Source: the human T2T-CHM13v2.0 reference genome, Homo sapiens. From it: a DNA stretch of 64,000 bases. The position numbers and the translations under genes are program-made. Where the stretch lies: NCBI RefSeq assembly GCF_009914755.1, contig NC_060925.1, one strand, 5' to 3'. Shown here piece after piece: positions 1-31,975 of the stretch (positions are counted from its first letter, which is position 1; each line of letters opens with the position of its first letter). Under the pieces are notes generated by a model. The model did no database searches. It saw only the letters and a program-made list of their open reading frames with translations, and was not told the origin of the DNA.

Positions 1-897
1 CTCCTGACCTTGTGATCCGCCCGCCTCAGCCTCCCAAAATGCTGGGATTACAGGTGTGAGCCACCACGCCCGGCCTGTCACATTGCATTTCTATTATTAT
101 TTTTGATCGCCTGATGTCAGAAAAACTGCATGAAGCCCTGAAAAGGGTGCTGGGGAGCCTTCAGGCAGAGCCTGTCTTCTAAATTTTTGTTGTTGTTGTT
201 GATTTTTATTAGTTTTCAATTTCTGAAAACGATCTTTCCCTAGTAAGCTGTTTTTCCTTAAGTATGGTACAGTGAACACAATACTGCCCTGGAAATCAGG
301 GGACCTCTAGTCTGTTTTTAACAGTCTTTTTTGTTTGTTTGGTTGGTTTATTTGTTTATTTTTTGAGACATTGTCTCGCCTAGACTGGAATGCAGTGGCA
401 TGATCATGACTCACTGTCACCCTGAACTCCTGGGCTCAAGTGATCTTCGCGCCTCAGTCTCCTGAGTAGCTGGGACTACAGGCGTGCACCAGCACACCCA
501 GCTAATTTAAAAAAATAAAAATAAAAAAGAGATGAAGTTTTTCTATGCTGCCCAGGCTGGTCTCAAACTCCTGGCCTCAAGCGATCCTCCCACCTCGGCT
601 TCTCAAAGTGCTGGGATTACAGATGTGAGCCACTGCACCAGCCCCACTTTTAACAGTCTTTATGGTCCTGAACAAGACAAGTTTACTAACCTTTAAAATG
701 AAGGTCAGAATTAGGTAACCACACAGCATATCTCCTGGTCCACTATTTCATAATTTTAGAAAGTCAGGGTGTTCTTAAAAGGCCAACTCTACTTGTAGAC
801 TTGCCATCTCTGAATTTGTTCAGAGCTGTTCAGGTTATATGGTTAGGGAGAAATATTTTAGCCAGGCCCACAGATTCCTTAGGTACCTGGACCATGA

Positions 898-1268
<371 letters not shown>

Positions 1269-1449
1269 TAAAAGCTTGCCCAAATTGTCCATACTTTTAT
1301 GGTCTTTAATGGTCTCTGGATACAGTGATATTTTCAAAGTCTTGGTTGCTCTGAGCAGAAAAATCAAGAATTGCTTCAAGTCCTGGGTGATGCAGGGTTT
1401 GTCCTGAAATGCTAATGGGAAGCCTTGGTTCAGGGACATTGAGTCAGTA

Positions 1450-3680
<2,231 letters not shown>

Positions 3681-4097
3681 TATTTGGATTCTTAGCCTTG
3701 GAATAACTGCTTACTTCATTATATCGTCTAGTGTTGTGTTGTCATGCCTAAACATTTACATAATTGAAGTACATATTATCTTATTATAAATAACTTTTTA
3801 AAATTTAAATAGGCACTTTGTTGACATTAAAAAATTATATGAGTAGGTAATGTTATCTGTGAATTCCATTTCAGGATATTTATGGGGCAATACAAAAGAG
3901 ATCATTGGGTCTGAAGTGGTGGAGAACCACTGGTCTGGACTACAGGAATTTAACTGGTCCTTTAGAGTTTGATGATTTCATGTCATGTTTTAGTTTCTCT
4001 GATCTCTTTTGTAACCTAAGGTAAATATAGTAATCTCCTGAGCTATTATTACCCATAATTAATATTTGTAACATTAGCAATTAATAGTGGTTTACAG

Positions 4098-5423
<1,326 letters not shown>

Positions 5424-5877
5424 CAAGATTTATCCAAGATTTATGGCCGTGCGCCAGTCACCCGTGTCCTTCCTAGGTACTCCTGCTCTCTACTTCTTGT
5501 TGAAGGGGTAGTTGAGGGGTTCAAATATGGTAAGTAACCTTGAAGTCCTCTTTACCTTGTCCGTAGACAGCAGAGTGGTTTTCAGTTTTTTTTTTCTTTC
5601 AACCTAAACCCCAGAGTATGCTCTGAACAGAGCTGTGTGTGTCAGTATTCTGCCCACTCACCTTTTATTTCAGTGCTTCTGTTTCCAAGCAATGGTAGAA
5701 GTTCTCTTTTCTGGTGAGAAATAAATCTTAAAATTTGACTTTTCTTCAACACTAGGGAGCAGAATCTAACTTTAATACTTAGCATCAGAGAGGTCGTGCT
5801 GTTCCAGCCTGTGTCTGTGATAATGGACATCTTAGGAAATGGATGGTTGACAATTTAAGAAACAAAGCCCTAGCAAT

Positions 5878-6015
5878 AAAGGATAAGTGTTTGAAAGAAA
5901 GGATAAATGTTTGAAGTGATAGATACCCCATTCACCCTGATGTGATTGTTACACGTGTGCCTGTATCAAAATATTGTATGTACCCACAAAAATTAAAAAT
6001 TAAACTAAAAAAAGA
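5878..6015 (+). mobile_element. LINE-1 (L1MA-like) 3'-end fragment
   Basis: ggataaatgtttgaagtgatagatacccc...tacccacaaaaattaaaaat is typical of L1M 3' ends. Confidence 0.7.
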
Positions 6016-6643
6016 AAGCCCTTGATTTATTCATCTTTTGTGTGTCATAAGCCAGTTGTAAAGTGTTTTGAGGATCTTGGCTGAGCATTAATGGATTGGT
6101 ATAAAATATTCTCTTGGTGTGGTGTAAAGTGTTGGAAGATTTTTTTTTTTTTTTAATCAGGAAATGTAATGATAGTATGTGGGCAAGGCGCATCTCTGTT
6201 CAAAAAGGTGGTAGCTCTGCTTCATTTTTGGAAGGTTTTCTTGAATCAGAGCAAAATCATAATTGTGTCAACGCAAAAGCAGTTGAGATGAATATTAAAT
6301 TCAGCTGATTAGAGAAGCAAACAAAAAGAGCAGTCTACAGCAAGGTGCTTATCTACTGTACTGCTTTACTCACAGGAAAACAACCTCTCTGGGTCAGCTC
6401 TTTAGATGTTACAGCGCTGAACACTGCACGAAAGCTGAGTTCTCCTCTCCTGATGAACAGCTAGTTATGCAACCTTGCTGAACACTAAACATTCCTGAAA
6501 CAAACAGGGTATCAAGATCAACAGTATTTATTAGAAACTCCCCAGAGACCTGGCCTTTTCCAGTAGCTTGTATCCAAAGCTCCAACAAGAAAGAAGCTTA
6601 CTGTGGAAGTCTGGGAGTCTGTTGGGGACCCTTTACCTTTGTG

Positions 6644-6840
6644 TAGTGTTGCCAGATTCAGCAAACAAAAATACCAAATGCATAGTGAACTTTGGATTTC
6701 AGATAAACAGCCAATCTTTTTTTTTTTTTTTTTAGTATAAGTATGAGACATGCATGGGGGCATACTTACTTAAAAATGATTTGCTGTTTATCTGAAATAC
6801 AAGCTTAACTGAGCATCTTCGATTCTATGTGGCAGTCCTG
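6644..6840. mobile_element. MER53 palindromic hAT-type MITE
   Basis: tagtgttgccagat...tggcagtcctg termini; internal inverted repeat tttcagataaacagc / gctgtttatctgaaa. Confidence 0.8.
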
Positions 6841-7451
6841 ATGGGGACATAGGACAGAATGAATCTTGATAACTGGGTTTTATGAGCACATGCTGTTTCC
6901 ACAAGGGCCATGGGTCAGGATGATGATTTTACCAGCAGCATGTGTAATTGGTAGGCAGAAGGAGGAAGGAACCTGAACAGGCCAAATGCTTCCAAGAGAA
7001 ACGTTTTTGGACACCCCTCCCTGTATTCTCCTCCTCACCAACATTTTTCTCTTTAGACACGGTTTGGAATTTCAGTGTTTGGATACAGTTTCTTAATATA
7101 TTAATGTAGAATCTCAGTGGAGTCTATGTAAATTATTACAGTTTACCTCTTGGAGATTTGTTGTTATTGATGGGCACCCATTCAGCTAGGGTTTTTCACT
7201 ATTTGTTGAGGCTGTTTTGTTTTCTGAGAAACCTGCTGGAAATGTTCCAGAAAATATTGATCTTTAGTGTTAGTCTTTGATCTGTAAAGGGCATAGCATC
7301 CGTTTTGCAACTACCTAACAACATTCCTAACTCTCCTTTCATCTGCCTGCAACTAAACTCAACAGTAATAAAGATCTGTTCATGACTTCTTGTTTTTTTA
7401 CCATGGTTTTAAAACTTGTTTATTACCACTGTTTTAAAAAGTGTAGATTTA

Positions 7452-7769
<318 letters not shown>

Positions 7770-8679
7770 TTAGGACAGAAATGCAAACCATGATATTTTC
7801 ATTTTGCATTGTTTTCTCATTTATCGTTATTATAAATGTATTAGTTGAGCTTTTACACTTTTTCACTGAAATCAAATAATGTTTGAAAAATAAATTTTTC
7901 TATTTCTAGTTCCACCACCCCATGTTACTCCTCTAAGGAAAACCGATACTATTTCATAAACTATTTCAGTACGAAATTTAATTTCTAAAATTTCAGATGT
8001 CACTATTTCATAAAAAAAAATCTATTTTATTAATGAGACTCTAGAAACAGTTTATTAGATGCAAAACTTATTTGTACACATTTACATAGATTAAGGTACA
8101 TAAGCAAACAAATACAAATTGTCTGGAGCTATTTTTCTAACACCTAGTAACGTGCCTGAGGATTTATTTCACCTTCTTACACATAAAGTGTTTAACATTA
8201 ATAATTAATTGATAGTAAACACAAGATCTATTTGTATGGTGCCATATTAGAAAATTAAAGGAGGCCGGGCACAGTGGCTTAAGCCTGTAGTCCCAGTGCT
8301 ATGGGAGGCCTAGGCGGAAGGACCACTTGGGCCAGGAGTTTGAGACCAGCCTGGTCAACATAGTGAGACCCCATCTCTACCAAAAATGTAAATAAAAAAA
8401 GGAGATCACCTAGAAGTGATCTTCGTAATTTCCTTCAGAAAACGCACCTCTGTTTAAACCATAAAATCTTATTTAAAATGTTACAGCTTTCATAAATGTT
8501 TTATTTTCAGTAGCACTGCTTTTGCTCTGCTATTTTTTGTTTTTGTAGGTATTTTTATGTAGGATCCTGTTTGATGCCTATGGTAGGACAAAAGTACAGC
8601 TGCTTTTTTTTTTTTCACCAAACTCCTACTCATCCTTAAAGACCCAGCTCAGATTCTCCATCTTTTCAGAATATACTCA

Positions 8680-9105
8680 AGGTCAGGGACTTTTGTTGTG
8701 CAATGGATCCTTTTGGCAGGCATAAAATAATACTTTTAAAAGCAGGAAATAAATATATTACAAAGGAAATAGTTACATTGAAATATAGTGATCAGAATAT
8801 TTTTTAAGAATTGATATATACGTGGGAGAATATGCATGGGAAAAATTGATACAGTAATATATGTCTTTATTAAATAACATTAAATGATAAGATCTACCAG
8901 TTGGTCTAATAACTACTAAATTTTGAAGCAATCATGAGAGTAAGTGATCTTTTAAAAAATATCTGCCACAAGTGTAAAGTAATAGGAAAATATCTTTGAT
9001 TTCCATTGGTGACAAAATGCTGTAAATCTTATCCTAGTTTGTTGCCTGAATTTATGAGTAAAGACAATGTTGAATTTTGATAAGAGATTAGTGAAAATAA
9101 CAATT
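8680..9105 (+). mobile_element. MER119-like hAT-Charlie DNA transposon fossil
   Basis: Resemblance to recalled consensus (ttacaaaggaaa...attgaaatatagt; ggtctaataactac; attggtgacaaa; ttagtgaaaataa). Confidence 0.6.
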
Positions 9106-9510
9106 CACCTTCCTCATCTGTCTCAGTTAGCTATTGCTGCATACCGTACATCTTGGAAGTTTTTGCTCACAAATTTTAAAATAATCATTTGTTTTGTTCC
9201 TCCCCACTTTGAAATCTGTGACTTGAAGGAGTTCAGGTGTGGTTGTCTCTGCTGTGCACATGTGGCCTGCGTGAATCCAGATGGCAAGTTCTATGGTGGG
9301 GGATGCTAAGATCTTGCTCTTTACCTCACCCAGGCCAGGCCACACTGTCCTTTGAGCCCATGTTAGCATGGGGCAGAGGGTGTCCCTTGCCTTCCCCTGA
9401 ACTTAAGCCTTGTCCTGTTCATGGAGGTGAAACTGCTGGGCCTGGGTGGCTAGATGGACACATCTAAGCTTGCCCAGTGTGGCATCCGTTTTTTGGTGGG
9501 GAGGGGTAGA

Positions 9511-10022
9511 TGTGGTATATTGTCACCAAAGATGGCTGCCAGTAATGCTTCCCATCCTTATTCATGTATGCCGCTTCTCCCATGAAGAGGTGGAGTCTAT
9601 TTCCTCTTTCTCTGAGTCTAGGCTGGCCCATGACATGCTCTGGTAAATAAGTGCAATGATGTTGTATCAGTAGTTCTGGGATTAGCTTTTAAGAGGCCTT
9701 GCAGGTTCTGTTTTCACTCTCTTGGAAGCCAGTCATCACCTGAGAAGTCTAACCCTGTTGGGAACAGGGGTCCAGCCAGACCCTAGCCATTCCAGCTACC
9801 TCCACCCAGGTGCCGATAATCTGAGTTGAGCCATCTTGGATGTTTCAGCCTCAGCCAGCTCCCAACTGAATGCAGTCACATGGGTGACCACAGCTGACAA
9901 CACATGAATCAGAACAACAAAGCTCAGCAAAGCCGACCCACAGAACTGTACCAAGTATCACCTTAATGTTTTAAGCCACTGTGCTTTGGGGAGTTTTTAT
10001 GCAGCAATAGGTAACTGAAACA
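9511..10022 (+). mobile_element. MLT1-family (MaLR) solo LTR
   Basis: TG...CA ends; gaggtggagtctatttc and the 3' motif gttttaagccact...gcagcaataggtaactgaaaca. Confidence 0.75.
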
Positions 10023-10525
10023 GGTAACAACTTTATACTGGAGATTTATGTGACTTTACCTTGCATATATTTGTATTTTCTGCTAGTAAATTGTACATAC
10101 TTCATATGATGAAATTATGTCATTATAGATGGTATAGATATGGTCAGGAGCTAGTCTGAACAAGTTTGAGAGCCATTGGTTAGGTTTAGAGAGTATGGCA
10201 TTTGAGTTATCTCAGTATTTCAAAATATGTGGGGTTTTTTGTTTGTTTGTTTGTTTGTTTTAGACATAGTTTCGCTTTTGTCGCCCAGGCTGGAGTGCAG
10301 TGGTGTGATCTCACTCACCACAACCTCTGCCTCCCGGGTTCAAGTGATTCTCCTGCTTCAGCCTCCCAAGTAACTGGGATTACAGGCATCTGCCACCACG
10401 CCCGGCTAATTTTTTGTGTTTTTAGGAGAGACAGGGCTTTACCATGATGGCCAGGCTGGTCTTGAACTCCTGACCTCAAGTGATCCACCGGCCTCGGCCT
10501 CCCAAAGTGCTGGGATTATAGGCAT

Positions 10526-10563
<38 letters not shown>

Positions 10564-11123
10564 CTGAGACAGGGTCCCACTGTGTTGCCCAGACTGGAGT
10601 GGCATGGTGCAATCCTAGCTCACTGGAGCCGTGAACTCCTAGACTCAAATGATCTTCTTGCCTCAGCCTCCTGAGTAGCTGGGACTATAGGTGCACACCA
10701 CCATGGCTGACTAATGTTTAAATATTTTGTAGAGATGGGGTCTCGCTGTGTTGCCCAGGCTGGTCTCAAACTCCTGGCCTCAAGGGATCCTCCAGCCTTG
10801 GCTTCCTGAAGTGAGCTGCCACACCTGGCCAGTTTATTTTTAGTAGTAGTATATCAGATGCAGTAACTGTACGTAAAGGGTAGTTAGTGCTTGTGCCAGG
10901 CAATAAAGTAGATGGCTTATTTAATCTTTATAAATAACCTCATTTGAGAGGGCTTTATAGATGAGGTAATTTAGGTTGAGATATAAATTCAGCTGCCTGA
11001 AGTCACATAGCTAGTAAGTAATGCAGCCAGGAGTTGAACCCTGGTTTGTGTTTGTATTGCCTCCATCCCTGTTCCCCCATCCCCACCCCTGGTTTTAAGA
11101 ACATGTACGTTAACTAGGATTTT

Positions 11124-13185
<2,062 letters not shown>

Positions 13186-13635
13186 GTAAACTAGGCTTGT
13201 AACTTAAGAGACATGTTTAACTTACAGAAACAAATCACTGATGTGTGTGTATAAGCATGAGAGAGATATGGGACTTAATTTTGCTACAAAAGAGGATTTA
13301 ATTTCCTGCATAATCAGCTTCCCCCTATTCCACTGAATTAATTTCATCAACATACAAGGTGGATATTTTCTCCTGTCTTAAGCAATCTCCCTCCTTTGAC
13401 CCCTGTGCCCCTTCAGGACAAGGGTAGGCTGTGCTCACTTGCCTCCCAGTCTTTGGAACTCACCCTCGCTGGGCTTTGCCCTATTGCCCCACCCAGACTG
13501 CTCGTAGGAAAGGTTATGTTCATGTTGCTGGATTCAGTGGCAAGGCCTTAGCTGTTACCTTACCTGACCTGGTTTTAGCATTGGACATGGTTGTTGACTT
13601 TCTTCATTGGCTTCCAGGACACCACACTCTCCAAG

Positions 13636-14148
13636 TTTCCCTTCCCATCCCTTTCCCTTCCCATCCCTTTCCCTTCCCATCCCTTTCCCTTCCCATCCCT
13701 TTCCCTTCTCCTCCCCTTCCCCTCCCCTCCCGCTCCCCTCCCCCTCCCCTCCCCTCCCCATCCCCTCCCTTCCCCCTCCCCTCCCCTCCCCTCCCCTCCC
13801 CATCCCCTCCCTTCCCCCTCCCCTCCCCTCCCCTCCCCCCTCCCCCTCCCCTCCCCCTCCTCTCCCTTCCCCCCTCCCCCCCTCCCCCCTCCCCCTCCTC
13901 TCCCTTCCCCCCTCCCCCCTCCCCTCCCCCCTCCCCCCCTCTCCCTTCCCCCCTCCCCCCTCCCCTCCCCCCTCCCCCTCCTCTCCCTTCCCCCCCTCTC
14001 CCTTCCCCCCTCCCCCCTCCCCTCCCCCCTCCCCCCGTCCCCTCCTCTCCCCTCCCCCCTCCCCTCCCCTCCCCCTCCCCTCCCCCTCCCCTCCCCTCCC
14101 CCTCCCCTCCCCTTCCCCTTCCCTCCTTTCCCCTCCCCTCGTTTCCAT
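13636..14148. repeat. Polypyrimidine (+) / polypurine (-) low-complexity tract with CCCCT- and TTCCCATCCCTTTCCC-type units
   Basis: About 510 bp of almost only C/T on +; it produces the spurious Pro- and Gly-rich ORFs. Confidence 0.97.
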
Positions 14149-14706
14149 CTGTCGCCCAGGCTAGAGTGCAATGATGTGATCTCAGCTCATTGCAAGCTTC
14201 ACCTCCTGGGCTCAAGCAATTCTCTTGCCTCATACTTCCAAGTAGCGAAACTCCAGGTACCAGCAACCATGCCTGGCTAATTTTTGTATTTTTAATAGAG
14301 GCAGGGTTTCACCATGTTGACCAGGCTGGTCTCAAACTCCTGACTTTAGGTGATCTGCCCACCTCAGCCTCCCAAAATGCTAGGATCATAGGGGTGAGCT
14401 ACCGCACCTGATCTCAAACTCCTGACTTTAGGTGATCTGCCCGCCTCAGCCTCCCAAAATGCTAGGATTATAGGGGTGAGCTACCGCACCCAGCCCACAC
14501 TCTCTAAGTTTCTAACTCCCTCCTGGCCACTTCTTCCCAGGTTGGGGATTGGTTTTAACTTTTTGGGATCACAAGTTCCTTTTAGAGTCTGATCATCACT
14601 GTGAACCCACATCTTAGAGAAAACTGTACGTATGTTTATGTTAACAAAATTTATCACAAATATTAGTTTTCATCCTTTTCAATTATTATTATTATTATTT
14701 TTTTGA

Positions 14707-14865
<159 letters not shown>

Positions 14866-15268
14866 TAGTAGAGATGGGGTTTCTTCATGTTGGTCAGGCT
14901 GATCTCGAACTCCTGACCTTAGGTGATCCGCCCTTTTCAGCCTCCCAAAGTGCTGGGATTATAGGCATGAGCTACTGTGCCTGGCCAGAATTATGGTGAC
15001 TTCTAAAAAGGTCTGATTTCTTTCTTTAAGAGTTAATGGTTGTTGCCTGGGCAACGTAGTGAGATGTTGTCTCTTAAAAAAAGTACGAAAAGTGTTAGCT
15101 GGACATGGTTGCTTGTACCTGTAGTCCTAGCTACGTGGGAGGCTGAAGAGGGAGCATTGCCTGAGCCCTGGGAATTGGAGGCTGCAGTTAGTTATGGTTG
15201 TGTCACTGCACTCTCACCGAGGTGACAGAGTGAGACCCCCTTTCTTTAAAAAAAAAAAAAAAAAATTA

Positions 15269-15614
<346 letters not shown>

Positions 15615-15701
15615 TTATAGAGTTCACTGTTTCTTCTTTTTTTTTAAGTGACAAGGTCTCTCTCTGTTACCAAAATAAAAAATAAATAAGTAAATAAATA
15701 A

Positions 15702-16050
<349 letters not shown>

Positions 16051-16237
16051 TAATACTTCTGTTTTTTCTAATGTGAATTGTCAGTTTCATATTACTTGTT
16101 AGTTTATTTAAAGGGATTTAACATGCTTGCATAAGATCATAACCCTTTATGGTCAATCATACTGATTATATATTATTTTAGTATGTGATATTCTCTTTTA
16201 TGCTAATTTTGATTTTTTAGCATGTAGAAATTTTTGA

Positions 16238-16501
<264 letters not shown>

Positions 16502-17854
16502 TAAGTGGAGTTTATAACGGCAGAGCTGACTTTTATGGTTTTATTAAGGTTCAGAATTGAAATACCCATGACTGTATATGGATGCTCATGACTTTGCTCC
16601 TAAACTGGTTTATGGTTCCACAGAAACGGAATCAAAATCTGAGGAATCCAAGAATTATTTAGGGAAATTAAAATTCTTATGTTAGCACAGGATTGGTAGA
16701 TTTATCCAGTTTGCAATTGAAATATTTATTGGCCCATTATTACTATTCACATCATATTATCTCGTGTTGACTAAGTAACCAAGGCTGACGTTTGGGTTCT
16801 TTTCTATTTCATGGTGATGATGGTAAGTTGGGAATGGAAACAGCAGTCTGAATTGTTCCCTATGCCGTGGAGCGTGCTGGTGCCGTCTGTTAATAGTAGG
16901 GAGTAGTTCTCACCTCGGGCTGCACATCTTCATCACCTGGGGAGCTGTGGAACATGCGGCATCCTTGGTCCCATCCCAGATCTGCTCAATCACAATTTTG
17001 GGATATGGGCTCTAATGCATTTTATTGTATTGTATTGTATTGTATTTTTATTTTTATACAGACAGGATCTTGCTATGTTGCCCAGGCTGGTCTTGAACTC
17101 TTGGGCTCAAGTGATCCTTGGCTTCCCAAAGCACTGGGGATTACAGGGATTAAGCACCCGGCCTTAAAATAATGCCCTTTAAAACTGCTGCACAAGAACA
17201 TTCTCTTTTCTCTGAAACTGTATATTGTGACTTTGTACAAGGAGGCTTTCTAGTCATTCCAGTGAACTGCTTGAATCAAAGAGAGAGAAAGATAGTATTT
17301 ACACAAAACCAGTCATGGCTGCACAAGAACTGGCCAGGCCTTGCAGCTTCCTACTGTGGTGAGTGACTTGGACGAGGCATCTGGGTAAGGACCCCTGGTG
17401 GCCACTGTGAGGATAAATTTGTGGCCACTTGGAGGCCTGCAATATATTTTCTTTCAGTCTCTAAAAGAATTAAGCTATAGTTCTGTCCAAAGTAAATTTC
17501 TTTACTATCTTTTGTTATTGTTGTTATTAATAAAAGTGCACATGGGGACAATGTGGAAAATAAATACATTTCTTGGTACATCTACTCTTTAGCATACATG
17601 GCCCCCATTAAAAAAAACTCAGAATAAATCAAGAGTTTTAGAAAAAGGAACAAATGGACTGTTCTTTATAAAACAAGATACCTTTATTGTTGAGAATTTA
17701 GAAATTACAGATTGAACAAAAAAGTATCATGATTAATGCCACCACTTAGATATAAGTATCGTAAACGGGCTGGGTGCGGTGGCTTATGCTTGTCATCTTA
17801 GCACTTTTGGAGGCCGAGGCAGTTGGATCACTTAAGGCCAGGAATTTGAGACTA

Positions 17855-18101
<247 letters not shown>

Positions 18102-18230
18102 TTACTGTTTACCCTACTGATTTACTTGGATTTAAAGAACTACATGCTTCATAGGGTTAGAGTTCTTTGCTTTATTTTTTCCCATTTAAAATACAAATAG
18201 CCTGGGCAACATGGCAAAACCCTGTCTCTA

Positions 18231-18455
<225 letters not shown>

Positions 18456-19826
18456 TTACCCAAAGGAAGCATTTTTTAAATTGGTTAATCTCTTTCTGAG
18501 AATATTAACAAATTGCAAATGGATTTTCGTCCCCTAGTTTATGAACAGCTATGTAACTCATGAATTTTTCTGTAAATGACCCTACTACTTGAGTATCATT
18601 GCATTTAATCATTAGCTAGTGTCTTTCTTGATTGAAAAGGTAAAATTTTAGAGATTCTGGAGTAATCTCATATGTTGGCTGGAGATTAGTCAATTCAGAA
18701 ATTATGAGACAGCTTGGTGGAATGCAGCCAGTGTTGGAGTTAGGCTGGGTTCAGCCGCCAGCTAAGGCACTTTTGGCTCTGACAGAAGTTAGAGATAGCT
18801 GCTTATTGTTTCTAAGCCTCAGTTTCCTCAGTTACAACATAAAACCTAAGATATAAGTGCTGTTGTGAATAACAAATGAGATCCTACAATTAATGATAGC
18901 TGTCAGTTAGGAGTTGAAACCTCTACTTTAAGCCATTGTCTTATCTCGTCAATAAAATCCAGCTGACCAGCTTTGAGATCGTACCACTAAGAAGAGACTT
19001 ACTCAATAAAGGAATCAAAAACAAATTAAAAAATCCATTATGTATGGTTTCTCTTGGAGATGGCTTTGGCTCTGGAGTGATGCTTGGACTGAGATCTGAG
19101 TCCTCATGCTTAGTGCCAAGTTGACCTGGCAAAGAAGGCTATTTTAAATTTTAGGGGGAAGGAGCGACATCTGTCGGACACAGTGCAAACTACAGTTTGA
19201 AGTAGTTGCCTGTTTCATGAGATTCCTGTAGTTCTTTTCAATGATGTCATAAGCCTACAAAGCTGGCTTTTGGGCAATTGCCGCGATAAAACGCAAGTAT
19301 TTATGTACATCTATCATGCATCAATAGAAATATTTGTTTTATAAAAAAGCAAGTATCTCTTAAATCAGTGTGGAACTGGAAATGGAGTTGGTGGCGTCCA
19401 GTCTGATTCCAGGGTTTGGGAAGTTGGGCAGTGCCCAGCAGACACTGAGTTGACAGGACATAAGTAATGATTAAGTTGTTTGGCCCTAACTACATACTTA
19501 ATTGGAACTGTGAGGTATTTATTTTGGCCTAAGTACCATGAAAAAAATTACTGAAACCCTAAGGACCGTGTGGCCTGAGAAAGTTTGGGACCCTCTAACC
19601 TTGAATTCTGCTGCTGCCTTTTGTACCCTGGTTTTTCTTTCTTTTTTTTTGTTGTTGTTTCTTGTTTTTTGTTTTGAGACAGAGTTTCACTCTTGTTACC
19701 CAGGCTGGAGCGCAATGGTGTGATCTCGGCTCACTGCAACCTCCACCCTCCCGGGTTCAAGCGATTCCCCTGTCTCAGCCTCCTGAGTAGTCGGGATTAC
19801 AGGTGCCCCCCACTATGCCAGGCTAA

Positions 19827-20190
<364 letters not shown>

Positions 20191-20754
20191 CCGTGGCCTT
20201 TTAGAGATGTGAAGTCTGAGGCACAGAGGTGCTAATTCACTTCTCCAAAGCCAAAGGAGATGGTGGAATTGGGATTTGAACCCAGGTGGTCTGGTTCCAG
20301 ATTCTGTGTTCTTAGACATTATGTATGCGGATTCTTTTCATGAATAGAAAGCACAAGATTCTCTACACTTAACAAATGGCTGCCGGAAGTATCTGGTCAT
20401 GCTGAAGCTGGGTGCGCTCTCTAGGAAGTACCTTAGGGAGGCTTTTACATGTGAGTGCGAGAAGCACTCCATAGCATGTACTTCTGCGTGGTTGGGAACA
20501 ATCTAAATGTCAGCAGAAGAGTATGTACATTCCTTGTGGTCTGTTCATATAACAAACGCTGTAAGGTGTGAAGATGAATGTCCTGGAGCTCCATGTGTCA
20601 CCGTAGTGAAATCTCACCACTGAACAATAGACTGTTGAGGAAAAAGTCAGGTGCAGAAGGCTCTGCGGAGTAGAATACCATTTATATCAAGTTTCAGAAT
20701 ATTAAAAAATGCTGTAATTGTTTAGGGATATGGAAATATATGGTAAAAATATTA

Positions 20755-21036
<282 letters not shown>

Positions 21037-21277
21037 CTAGATTGTGCCACTGCACTCCAGCCTGGGCAACACAACGAGACTCTGGCTAAAAAGCAAAAAG
21101 AAAAGTTTACCTCTGGGAGTAGAGGGAGAATTGTGTTTGGAGAGGGCCCCAGAGGACTTCAGTTGCATTTGTAATATTTGTAGTGCTCTTTTTCTTTTTT
21201 GTAATGCTTTATTTCTTAATTTGGGTGGTGGTTACTGGTATTTGTATATTATTTTTGGTACCCTTTTATATGTCTGA

Positions 21278-29223
<7,946 letters not shown>

Positions 29224-29239
29224 TAAGGCTGCCACCTGA

Positions 29240-30440
<1,201 letters not shown>

Positions 30441-30509
30441 TTATACAGCCAGATTTTGGTTTACTTGAATTTATCTAACTTTAACTTTAAGGACACATTT
30501 AATCTTTAA

Positions 30510-30748
<239 letters not shown>

Positions 30749-30861
30749 TAGTCTCAATCTCTTGACCTTGTGATCCGCCCACATCAGCCTCCCAAAGTGC
30801 TGGGATTACAGTGTGAGCCACTGTGCCCAGCCTTATGTATGTATGTATATATGTATGTGTG

Positions 30862-30895
<34 letters not shown>

Positions 30896-30897
30896 GA

Positions 30898-31002
<105 letters not shown>

Positions 31003-31582
31003 TGAGTAGCTGGGACTATGGGTGCCCACCACCACTGCCAGCTACTTTTTGTATTTTTAGTAGATGCAGGGTTTCGCCATGTTGGCCAGGCTGTTCTTGA
31101 ACTCCTGACCTCAGGTTTTCCACCCACCTCGGCCTCCCAAAGTGCTGGAATTACAGGTGTGAGCCACCATGTCCCGCCTCTTTAAGGACACTTTAATCTT
31201 TAAGGGCACATTGATTATTATAGCCTTGCAAACGGTCACATGAGGTGATTCATGAATAAGGAATGTGTTTTAACTTTTACCAGGTGGGGATGAGTTAGAT
31301 TTTCATTGAACTGCAAGATCTTATTTTTAGCCTGACCGTAAAGATGGAAGGTTGGGGGAGGTGATATTTAATTGGGGAGTAGGAGAGGAGAGGTGATATT
31401 ATTAAAACTGCTTGTTTATTTGAAAACTTCTAGCGTTTAATTGCTGTAGGAATGAGTAATTTCATTGGGATACTGTTTAATTCTGTTTTGATAAGGATTT
31501 TTCATTAATCTACCTATTTTACTAATGTCACACTTTTCTAGGCCTTCCTGAATATTTAATTTGTTTTAATCTCAGAACCTAA

Positions 31583-31975
<393 letters not shown>

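Noticed and set aside
13431-14280. Six overlapping long Pro-rich or Gly/Arg/Glu-rich ORFs (185-247 aa)
   Set aside because: A C/T-only tract contains almost no stop codons on either strand; these are low-complexity artefacts running into an Alu.
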